From an uncultured Clostridia bacterium (GTDB lineage: Bacteria > Bacillota > Clostridia > Oscillospirales > JAAYOS01), in assembly GCA_947631015.1 (NCBI GenBank), contig CANRJS010000006.1:10347-74346 (forward strand): a stretch of 64,000 nt of DNA, in the 5' to 3' direction. The first letter of the stretch is position 1; every line of letters starts with the position of its first letter. This document shows, piece by piece, positions 46,917 through 54,410 of this stretch. The position numbers were made by a program, and so were the translations under genes. The notes under the pieces are model-generated. The model ran no database searches. It worked only from the letters and a program-made list of their open reading frames with translations, and was not told the origin of the DNA.

Positions 46917-47135
46917 TTATTCCTCCCCGCAAAGCGCGGCCAAAAGGCCGGGAAGCTGTCCGTTTTTGCCGCTTAAACTTTCCACCCGTGCAACGTCCCC
47001 GCCGTGCTCTTTGACAAGCTCAACCGCTTGCCCGGCATCTACGGCGATCTGCCGCCCGTCCTTAAAGCAAACTGTCAGGCGAGCGTCTTTTCCCCGCAGA
47101 CGTCTCTCCAACGCGACAACTCGGGATTTCAGCAT
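46917..47135 (-). CDS. hypothetical small protein (island, 72 aa)
   Basis: Start overlaps the upstream stop (ATGCTGA). MLKSRVVALERRLRG... Confidence 0.5.
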   Translation of the reverse strand: MLKSRVVALERRLRGKDARLTVCFKDGRQIAVDAGQAVELVKEHGGDVARVESLSGKNGQLPGLLAALCGEE

Positions 47136-47503
47136 CGGTTTTCCTCCTCCTCTTGCAGAGCAGCTTCAAGCGCTTCCACACGCTTCAATATTTCAAGCTG
47201 TTCTGTCATTCGCAGGGCGTTTGTCAAAATACTGTTGCAGGCGTTTACGCGCGTTTGCGGTGGCGCTTTCTTGTCACGCATAACACTAGTCAGCGTTTCC
47301 ACCGCCTCGCTCACGCGGGCTTGTAGGGCGTCACAAGCGCCCTCCAAAACCCGCGCGCGAGCCTCTGCGAGTTTGCGCTTCAGCTCCGGCCTCGATAATC
47401 GCGTATAAAGCTGCTTTTCCGACAAGCCGCAAGCGGCAGCCGCTTGCTTGTTGGTCTTGTTGGAGAGGACAGCCGCGACGATTGTTTCATCTGTCACTCG
47501 CAT
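47129..47503 (-). CDS. HTH-containing small protein (possible late regulator or small-terminase-like)
   Basis: N-terminal HTH-like TNKQAAAACGLSEKQLYTRLSRPELKRKL followed by a coiled-coil tail. The functional assignment is speculative. Confidence 0.5.
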   Translation of the reverse strand: MRVTDETIVAAVLSNKTNKQAAAACGLSEKQLYTRLSRPELKRKLAEARARVLEGACDALQARVSEAVETLTSVMRDKKAPPQTRVNACNSILTNALRMTEQLEILKRVEALEAALQEEEENRC

Positions 47504-47537
47504 AAAACACCCCATTTCAATGAGTTTTTCAAGAAAT

Positions 47538-48251
47538 TCACGGTGCTTGAGCCTTTAATTTGGCCTCCAGTTCCGCCGCAATCTCGGTGAAGCTCTTGAC
47601 CGTCGCCCGCGCCTGCGTCGTCGGCGTGGCGCTGCCGTTCGTCTGCCAACGCTCCCACTTCTCCGCCGCTCGGCAGGCGGCTTTCCAGTCGGTCATCGGC
47701 GACTTTCCCACCGTCCAGCCCTTGCTTTCGTAATAATCAATGAAACCCTGCGGGTCAACCGGGCTGCTTCGTGACTGTACATACTCCGCAACCTCCTCCA
47801 CCGTCGGAGGAATAAACCGCCGTGCTTTTGGCTTGTCCGGGGCGAGTGGAGCCGCGGCAAGCGGCTCACCCCCTTTTGAAGCTGTTGATGACGCTGATGT
47901 TGATGTTGGTTTTGATGTTGATGTTGGCATTCGTTCGTATGCGTCCGTATGCGCCCGCATACCGCCGCATACGTCCGTATCCGTCGAAGCTCCCCATCTC
48001 TTATTTGCAGCCGCTCGCGCCTGCTCTATTCTGGTTGTGTAAGCTTCGTCGTCACGGTCGATTCTGGGCTTGATAAAATCCCACGCCACGCCAACGGCTA
48101 CATCGTCGCCCAACTCCGGCAAGACGCCGCTCTCCGCGTAGTCCAGGATAGCGGTGAATAGAACGCCGCGTTGCTCGTTTGTCAGACGTTGGAGGCAAGG
48201 CTTCAAGTCGAAGTAGATGAGAACCCCCGGTTTCCGCCTCTCATTCACCAT
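47538..48251 (-). CDS. phage replication/replisome-organizer-like protein
   Basis: N-terminal LTNEQRGVLFTAILDYAESG... and C-terminal FIPPTVEEVAEYV...FIDYYESKGWTVGKSPMTDWKAACR resemble recurrent phage replication-module proteins. Recognised from memory only. Confidence 0.45.
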   Translation of the reverse strand: MVNERRKPGVLIYFDLKPCLQRLTNEQRGVLFTAILDYAESGVLPELGDDVAVGVAWDFIKPRIDRDDEAYTTRIEQARAAANKRWGASTDTDVCGGMRAHTDAYERMPTSTSKPTSTSASSTASKGGEPLAAAPLAPDKPKARRFIPPTVEEVAEYVQSRSSPVDPQGFIDYYESKGWTVGKSPMTDWKAACRAAEKWERWQTNGSATPTTQARATVKSFTEIAAELEAKLKAQAP

Positions 48252-48666
48252 ACCACCCGCCTATTGTCGTCTGCCCCGTCGCCGCGTCCAGCGCTCGCTC
48301 TGCTGCGGCGGTCGCGGCGGAGATTTCCTCACACCTGTGCCTCATAGACCGCACAAAAAGTTTCAACTCATCAACGTCCCCTGGCAAAAAGTACCCTGTT
48401 CTCACATCGGACAAGATGACCGCCCCGGCTTTCCTTGCCGCCTGTACCCGGCGGCGCAGCTCGCGGTTATCGCACCGCAACGCGGCTGCAAGGTCGGCGA
48501 CGTGTCGCCCCTGCGCTCTGCCGTGGGATAGCAGAGCCGTCACTTGACACTCCCGCGGCTCTGTGCTAAAATAACTGATAGGAGATGACGCCCGCCCGGT
48601 CGCCTGCTCCACTCTCGCCTGCGCCACGGTTGCCGCCGTGCCGCGGGCTTTTTCGTTGCCATTCAT
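48241..48666 (-). CDS. hypothetical protein (island, 141 aa, possible winged-helix)
   Basis: The 3' end overlaps the next gene's start by 11 nt. ...HVADLAAALRCDNRELRRRVQAARKAGAVILSD... Confidence 0.5.
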   Translation of the reverse strand: MNGNEKARGTAATVAQARVEQATGRASSPISYFSTEPRECQVTALLSHGRAQGRHVADLAAALRCDNRELRRRVQAARKAGAVILSDVRTGYFLPGDVDELKLFVRSMRHRCEEISAATAAAERALDAATGQTTIGGWYGE

Positions 48667-48668
48667 TT

Positions 48669-48878
48669 TTACTTCCCTCCAAGACTTGCCGCCGCCTCGT
48701 TCTCAAGCTGCCGAAGAAACAGCGGCATTGCTATTCGATACTCGCTCCCACACATAACGACCGGGATTTTTCCCGACCTGCACCCGGCGCGTATGCTGCA
48801 CATTGAAAGCCCGGTAATTTCCGCCGCACCCCGTATGCTTTGATATGGAGCGCTCTTGTCAAACGTTCGCTTCGCCAT
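48669..48878 (-). CDS. excisionase-like HTH DNA-binding protein
   Basis: MAKRTFDKSAPYQSIRGAAEITGLSMCSIRAGCRSGKIPVVMCGSEYRI (MerR/Xis-type HTH). GGGGGTGA RBS. Confidence 0.5.
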   Translation of the reverse strand: MAKRTFDKSAPYQSIRGAAEITGLSMCSIRAGCRSGKIPVVMCGSEYRIAMPLFLRQLENEAAASLGGK

Positions 48879-49029
48879 CTGTTTCACCCCCGCCCTGCTG
48901 CGCCGCGCGACGCTTCCAGTATTGCGCATTGTAGGCTCGAACTTTTTCCTTGTTCTTCCGACGCCACGCACGGAAATACTCCGCCCGCGCCTCCCGCTCG
49001 GCCGCGGTCAGTTCTATTTTCTCGTGCAT
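48859..49029 (-). CDS. hypothetical small basic protein, first gene of the leftward operon
   Basis: MHEKIELTAAEREARAEYFRAWRRKNKEKVRAYNAQYWKRRAAQQ... The RBS spacing is long (about 11 nt). Confidence 0.4.
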   Translation of the reverse strand: MHEKIELTAAEREARAEYFRAWRRKNKEKVRAYNAQYWKRRAAQQGGGETDGEANV

Positions 49030-49057
49030 AAATAAATGCACTTCCCTTTCTTTTTTC

Positions 49058-49116
49058 TTGACAAGCTGCGTTTCGCTTGTTATAATGATTATAGTACAAG
49101 CAAAACGAAAATGCAA
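49058..49116. promoter_or_regulatory. face-to-face overlapping consensus promoter pair (island switch region)
   Basis: + strand: TTGACA (49058-63), 17-nt spacer, TATAAT (49081-86). - strand: TTGCAT (49116-11), 17-nt spacer, TATAAT (49093-88). The centre reads TATAATgATTATA. ACAAGC/GCTTGT half-sites occur at 49061, 49075, 49097 and 49131. Confidence 0.6.
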
Positions 49117-49180
49117 GCGTTTCGTTATTAGCTTGTGTATGTTCAACAGAACCGTCATTTTCATTTTTGGGAGTGGTAGA

Positions 49181-49771
49181 ATGTCAAGGAAAACGGAGCA
49201 GCGATATATAACGGAGCAGGCTGATTTCCCTACAAATTTAAGGGAACTGATGAAAGAACACAACGTAACGCAAAAGGTTCTTGCGGAAGTGATTGAAATG
49301 CGTCCTCAGACGGTTTCGCTTTATATCGGCGGGCAAAGCGTTCCCGATATAAATACGCTCTACAAAATAGCTGAATATTTCAACGTATCGGCTGATTGGC
49401 TTATCGGTCGGCCAAATAGCATTAGGACAATGAAAGAAGATATAAGAAACGCCTGTAGTTGCTTGGGTCTTTCAGAAGACGCTGTCGTCCTTTTCCGTCA
49501 GGTAACATCATTGGACTGTTACCGTGGACGGAGAGAAACGCTAAATGTTCTGTTGAAAAACTCGAATTTTTATCACCTTTTGGATATTATTTTTGATACA
49601 GCAAAGGCCATTTCCCCAGAAGACGAGGTTAATTTACCTGAAAACGACAGATTTTCTGGGTATTCAACTAAAGAAGTATACGAATCACTTGCTGTAAATT
49701 GGTCTGCGGTGGTAGTAACAAGCACCGTTGATATGTTAGAGGAGAGGAAAAAAGAAAATGGCAAGCATTAA
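49181..49771 (+). CDS. XRE-family repressor (cI-like HTH, no S24 peptidase domain)
   Basis: LRELMKEHNVTQKVLAEVIEMRPQTVSLYIGGQSVPDINTLYKIAEYFNVSADWLIG. The C-terminal ~110 aa match no domain I recognise. The gene is AT-richer than its surroundings. Confidence 0.8.
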   Translation: MSRKTEQRYITEQADFPTNLRELMKEHNVTQKVLAEVIEMRPQTVSLYIGGQSVPDINTLYKIAEYFNVSADWLIGRPNSIRTMKEDIRNACSCLGLSEDAVVLFRQVTSLDCYRGRRETLNVLLKNSNFYHLLDIIFDTAKAISPEDEVNLPENDRFSGYSTKEVYESLAVNWSAVVVTSTVDMLEERKKENGKH

Positions 49772-50954
49772 ATTATCGGAAACAAAGAACGGTCGCCGGT
49801 TCTTTCAGATCGCCGTCAGCCGCGGCCACGGGAAAGCTCCATATAAAACTCGTTGGTACTGGCCGGACGGTTGGAGCCGGAAAACAGCGGAGCGGGAGGC
49901 CGCCAAGCAGGCCGCCGCGTTTGAGCTTGCCTGCAAAAGCGGCGAAGTACTGAACCGCGCTCAAGAGCGGGAAAAGGCCGCCGCGGAAGCTGCGGAGCGC
50001 GCAAAGCTCAAGACGGTGGCGCAATATGCCGGCGGCGTTTTTATGCCCTCGAAAGAGGCCGTATTAAGCGAAAATGCCCGCTCCAGTTATCGGATGTTCC
50101 TCGACAAGCATATCCTCCCCACGTTGGGCGACGTGCTTTTGACGGACGTTTCACCGGCAATGATTTCAAAGCTCCTGCTCGACTTCCAGAAAGCCGGTTA
50201 TGCCCACGCCACAGTAATCAAATTGTATAATGTTTTGAACGGCGTTTTCCAAATGGCTTTCCTCGACGATAGTATCGCGGCAAACCCGATGCTGAAAGTC
50301 CGTCGGCCTGCGCCTCGCAAGGATGAGCGCACACAAGAGGAAGAAAGCAAGGCGTTCACGGTCTCGGAGCTGTCCCGTGTGCTTTCCTGCGCGGAACAGG
50401 AGCCGCTAAAGTGGCGGGCATATATCAACCTTGCCGCCGACACCGGCGCGCGCCGCGGCGAGCTGTGCGCCCTGCAATGGTCTGATATTGACTGGAAGTC
50501 CGGCGCGGTCACAATCCGCCGCAATCTGCAATATACGGCTGCGGCCGGGATATTTGAGGCAAAGCCCAAAAACGGGAAAACCCGTGTCGTGGATATTGGA
50601 GCGGAAACGCTGTCTCTCCTGCGCCTGCTTCGCGAAGAACAGGCCGCCTCTTGCCTCTCAAAATGGTGTTTCACTCAGGACGGCACGGCGGAGCCGATGC
50701 ACCCGACAAGCCCCACGCGCTTTTTTGCGAAGTTCGGGAAGAAATACGGAATAGCGGACTTCCACCCGCACAAGCTGCGCCATTCAAGCGCCTCCATAGC
50801 TATCACAAACGGCGCGGACGTGGTTTCCGTCAGCGAACGGCTCGGGCATAGCGATACGGCGGTCACGCTTCGGATGTACGCCCACGCGAATGAGGAAAGT
50901 ATCAGGCGAGCCGGGCAGACGGTCAGGGACGCACTGAAAGCGCAGAACGAATAA
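49758..50954 (+). CDS. int: tyrosine-type site-specific integrase
   Basis: SAM-like N-domain. Catalytic residues in context: TGARRGELCAL (R), HKLRHSSAS (H-x-x-R), LGHSDTAVTLRMYAH (H...Y). Overlaps the repressor stop by 14 nt. Confidence 0.9.
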   Translation: MASIKLSETKNGRRFFQIAVSRGHGKAPYKTRWYWPDGWSRKTAEREAAKQAAAFELACKSGEVLNRAQEREKAAAEAAERAKLKTVAQYAGGVFMPSKEAVLSENARSSYRMFLDKHILPTLGDVLLTDVSPAMISKLLLDFQKAGYAHATVIKLYNVLNGVFQMAFLDDSIAANPMLKVRRPAPRKDERTQEEESKAFTVSELSRVLSCAEQEPLKWRAYINLAADTGARRGELCALQWSDIDWKSGAVTIRRNLQYTAAAGIFEAKPKNGKTRVVDIGAETLSLLRLLREEQAASCLSKWCFTQDGTAEPMHPTSPTRFFAKFGKKYGIADFHPHKLRHSSASIAITNGADVVSVSERLGHSDTAVTLRMYAHANEESIRRAGQTVRDALKAQNE

Positions 50955-51069
50955 AAAGAGCCGGGCGGGGTGTTTTTTCCTGCCCGGCTTTCCAAAATGT
51001 TGTGCCTAAAGTGTTTACAAATGGGGTATAATAGGCGTATAATAGGAGCAGAGAAAGGAGGCGCAGATT

Positions 51070-51342
51070 ATGACGCCGGTAAGCACAAACATCAAGATTG
51101 ACCCCGTACTGAAAGAACAGTCCCAAACTCTCTTTGAAAGTTTGGGTTTGAGCCTGAGTTCGGCTATCAATATGTTCCTGCGGCAAGCTGTCCGGGAGCA
51201 GGCGATACCCTTTAGAGTTGGGAACCCGATACCGAACCTTGAAACGCTTCAGGCCATAGAGAACGCAAGGAAGGGAATAGGACTGAGCCGGGGCTTTACC
51301 TCCGTCGCTGAATTGATGGAGGACTTGAATGCTGACGATTAA
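51070..51342 (+). CDS. type II antitoxin, RelB/DinJ family
   Basis: NIKIDPVLKEQSQTLFESLGLSLSSAINMFLRQAVREQAIPF (ribbon-helix-helix DinJ signature). AGGAGG RBS. Confidence 0.85.
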   Translation: MTPVSTNIKIDPVLKEQSQTLFESLGLSLSSAINMFLRQAVREQAIPFRVGNPIPNLETLQAIENARKGIGLSRGFTSVAELMEDLNADD

Positions 51343-51601
51343 ATATCAGAGCGCATTTAAGCGGGACTATAAGCGCATAAAGAAACGCGGATATGATACC
51401 CGCTTGCTGGAGAAGGTCATTACCATTCTGGCAGACGGTCAACCGCTGCCGCCCGAGTATCGAGATCACCCGTTGAGCGGGGATTATATCGGATGCCGGG
51501 AATGTCATATCGCCCCGGACTGGCTGCTTGTCTATGAGATTATCGAGCGGGACTTGCTTCTCTACCTCACCCGGACGGGAACACACAGCGACTTGTTTTA
51601 G
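51329..51601 (+). CDS. type II toxin, YafQ family mRNA interferase
   Basis: IKYQSAFKRDYKRIKKRGYD...YRDHPLSGDYIGCRECHIAPDWLLVYEI...LYLTRTGTHSDLF. Overlaps the antitoxin gene by 14 nt. Confidence 0.85.
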   Translation: MLTIKYQSAFKRDYKRIKKRGYDTRLLEKVITILADGQPLPPEYRDHPLSGDYIGCRECHIAPDWLLVYEIIERDLLLYLTRTGTHSDLF

Positions 51602-51799
51602 TGTAAGGATGAGGTCAACAAGAAGGATTGAGAAAAGGATTGAGCAAAGGGTTGAGCTTGAGGCTAAAAGGGTTGAGGTGAGGCTATATCAAGCTGCGAC
51701 AAGTTACAACAGTGAAAACGCCTCAAACCTTTGCACCGCAGCGATTTCAGACTTCAAGTTATAACAAATTAAATCAGGCTACAAAAAGGTTTGGTATAA

Positions 51800-51844
51800 T
51801 TGGTAAGGATGAGGTCCCCAGTTCGACTCTGGATAGCAGCTCCA
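51800..51844 (+). repeat. attR: duplicated 3' part of tRNA-Thr
   Basis: ttggtaaggatgaggtcCccagttcgactctggatagcagctcca versus the tRNA copy ...gaggtcTcc... One mismatch in 45. Confidence 0.9.
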
Positions 51845-51846
51845 TG

Positions 51847-51882
51847 GAGACGCCCGAGGCAATGCCTCGGGCGTCTTTCTTT
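51847..51882 (+). terminator. displaced original tRNA-Thr terminator
   Basis: gagacgcccgaggcaatgcctcgggcgtct followed by ttctttc. Confidence 0.7.
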
Positions 51883-52149
51883 CGTTTCGAGCGCTGCACC
51901 GCGCGCGGAACGTTATTTCGGAGCAAAGATTTCCATGCGGCAGCAGCCCCGCGCGCGGCGCGTTCTTTTGAACAGAGGCCTCGCCCTTCGGCAGCGACAC
52001 CGCGCGGAGGGTTTGATTTGCGGGGCTCGCGATCGTTGGAGTACGTGCTTTATAAGGCGCACATATATTTTAATGATTTTCATTAAAAACTATTTACAAA
52101 ACATAAAATCTGTGCTATACTCGTGGCAGAAAAACAGGAGGTGTCTGCC

Positions 52150-52749
52150 ATGGAAAAGCTCAGAAAAATAGCCCGCGTGCTCGGAGTTCTGGCCGCGATA
52201 GGCTTCTGGTTTATGCTCGTCTTGGGCGTGCTGATGCTGCTCGCCGCCGCGCTCTTTGCGTTCATTCCCGCACGGTTTTTCGCAGGCGCGAACACGGTGG
52301 AGTTCGGCGACCTCACTCTCATGCTCTCGCCCGCGTTTACATCCTCCCTCGACGGGCAAACGTTGAAGCTGCCGCTTATCCTCGCGGCGCTCATTGCCGC
52401 CGTCGACCTCGCGGTGTACTGCGTGGGTCTGCACACGGTGCGCCGCGCGCTCCGTCCCATCGCGGACGGGAGGCCGTTTATCGACGAGGTCGCGTCCGCG
52501 CTGCTGCGGCTTGCGTGGATAGTCCTCATCGGCGGCGCGGTATCGTCGCTCTGCACCTGCATAGGAAGCGCTCTCCTCAACTCTATCTACGACTACGCCG
52601 CCATATTCTCCGGCGGGAACATCATCGACTACGCCATCTCCAACCACTTCGATATTTCCTTCATACTGCCGTCGCTCTGCCTTTTCCTGCTGCATTACAT
52701 TTTCAAATACGGCGTGGAGCTCCAGCGCGAGTCGGACGAGACGCTTTGA
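52150..52749 (+). CDS. DUF2975-type membrane protein
   Basis: Multi-TM protein. AGGAGG RBS before ATG 52150. Promoter TTTACA-17-TGcTATACT at 52093-52121. Paired with a YozG-like regulator. Confidence 0.7.
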   Translation: MEKLRKIARVLGVLAAIGFWFMLVLGVLMLLAAALFAFIPARFFAGANTVEFGDLTLMLSPAFTSSLDGQTLKLPLILAALIAAVDLAVYCVGLHTVRRALRPIADGRPFIDEVASALLRLAWIVLIGGAVSSLCTCIGSALLNSIYDYAAIFSGGNIIDYAISNHFDISFILPSLCLFLLHYIFKYGVELQRESDETL

Positions 52750-52775
52750 CACAACCGTGAAAAGGAGATACTGCT

Positions 52776-53018
52776 TTGGCGATAATTCTGAGGCTCGACC
52801 GCGTGATGGCGGACAGAAAAATAGGGCTCGGGACCCTCGCGGCGCGCGTGGGCATCTCGAACGTCAACCTCTCGAAGATAAAGACCGGCAAGGTGAGCGC
52901 GATACGCTTCTCCACACTCGAGGCGATATGCCGCGCGCTCGACTGCCAGCCGGGGGACATCCTCGAGTACAGACCCGATCCGGAGGAGACGCCGGCGGAG
53001 CCGGACGCTCGCGGCTGA
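52776..53018 (+). CDS. YozG-like XRE-family HTH regulator
   Basis: MAIILRLDRVMADRKIGLGTLAARVGISNVNLSKIKTGKVSAIRFSTLEAICRALDCQPGDILEY. TTG start 8 nt after AAAGGAG. Confidence 0.8.
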   Translation: MAIILRLDRVMADRKIGLGTLAARVGISNVNLSKIKTGKVSAIRFSTLEAICRALDCQPGDILEYRPDPEETPAEPDARG

Positions 53019-53042
53019 ACACAGCAGATGTTGCGATATGAT

Positions 53043-53075
53043 ACGGAGGACGCCGTCGGCGTCCTCCGTTTTTTC
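53043..53075. terminator. bidirectional terminator
   Basis: acggaggacgccgtcggcgtcctccgt followed by tttttc. Confidence 0.75.
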
Positions 53076-53099
53076 CTTATATTTTCAGCGACGCGTGCG

Positions 53100-54281
53100 T
53101 CACTTCGCGCGTCTCATTTTCACCGCCGGGAACGCCGCCGCGCCAATCGTCAGCACTGCAAAGCAGGCTGCGGTGATGAGAAACTGTCCCCTAAGGACGT
53201 CGGTGAGCACGCCGAAAGCTCCGCCGAGCCACGGCGTCACAAAAGCGCCGACGCTCTGGAACACCAGCACGAGATTCGTCGCGGTCTCGCCCCACGCGCC
53301 GAAGCTCCGCGAGGTCTGCTCCTGAATGAACGGCATGAAGATGAGGTAGCCGTATCCTAGGACAAACGCGCCTATCCACACCGGTATAAGTCCGCCCGCG
53401 AAGCCGCCGAGGAGATTCCCCACAGCGCATATTGCAAACGCCAGCACGAGCGTCCAACCGCCGAGCTTCGTGCGGAGCTTTCCGTAGGTCAGCCCCGCCG
53501 CAAACGAGCCGAGCGACAGGAAGGTTATGGCGACGCTCCCTTCCCGCGCGGTGCCGAATCCGCTGTCGGTGATGAGCGTGGAAGCCTTTATCACGTACAT
53601 GGTCGCGAGCATGACCGCCGTGAACATAAGTATACCGAGCCCCCAGACGCCGGCAGGAAGCGCGCGGCGCGGGCGGACGGCGTCCGGCGTGCTGTCCGTG
53701 CCGCCGCTCGGCTCGGACGGCGCGTTTCCGTCCCTCGGCACGGCAAAGAGGACAAACAGCGCCACCGCAAAGCCGAGGAAGTACACCGAAAACGAAACGT
53801 TCCAACCAAAGGCAAGGAGCTGCCCCGCAATAAAAGTCGAGGCGGCGCTGCCGAGCCCCGATATGCCGCCGTTGAGTCCTATCATTGTGCTCCGCGTCCC
53901 ACCGGTGAAGAAGCGGACGGTGAGCGTGAGAAGCGAGCTCATCAGCAGTCCGCAGCCTATCCCAAAGAAGCAGCGGGTGACGAATATCACCGGGAAAAGC
54001 GGCAGGAATATCGGTATGACGCCGCCCACGGCGCAGAACATCAGCGCGAGCAGCATCGCGCCCTTGTGCCCGATGAACTTCGCAAGGAGCTGTTCGCCGA
54101 GGACGCCCACCATCTGAAAGAGCGACAGAACCGTCGCGACAAGCTCTATCGTGGAAAGCGCGAGAGCCGGGAACGCTGCCGCCATCTCGGGCACGAGCCC
54201 CGTCACCGCGTTGAGCGAGGCCGACACAAGGCAGGTTGAGAGCAGCGCGGCTTTCAGCTTGAAGTTTCTGTTTTCGTCCAT
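53100..54281 (-). CDS. MFS transporter
   Basis: 393 aa, about 12 TM segments. GGGGGAG RBS. Confidence 0.8.
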   Translation of the reverse strand: MDENRNFKLKAALLSTCLVSASLNAVTGLVPEMAAAFPALALSTIELVATVLSLFQMVGVLGEQLLAKFIGHKGAMLLALMFCAVGGVIPIFLPLFPVIFVTRCFFGIGCGLLMSSLLTLTVRFFTGGTRSTMIGLNGGISGLGSAASTFIAGQLLAFGWNVSFSVYFLGFAVALFVLFAVPRDGNAPSEPSGGTDSTPDAVRPRRALPAGVWGLGILMFTAVMLATMYVIKASTLITDSGFGTAREGSVAITFLSLGSFAAGLTYGKLRTKLGGWTLVLAFAICAVGNLLGGFAGGLIPVWIGAFVLGYGYLIFMPFIQEQTSRSFGAWGETATNLVLVFQSVGAFVTPWLGGAFGVLTDVLRGQFLITAACFAVLTIGAAAFPAVKMRRAK

Positions 54282-54410
54282 ACGTTCCGTCTCCCCCTGT
54301 TGTTTACGTGGTTTACATTATTATACACCACAGACAGACGGGTCGCAAGCGGGCATGGCAAATATCCGGGCCGCGGCAGCGGGGCAACACAGGAGAGGCG
54401 GCCGCCCCGC

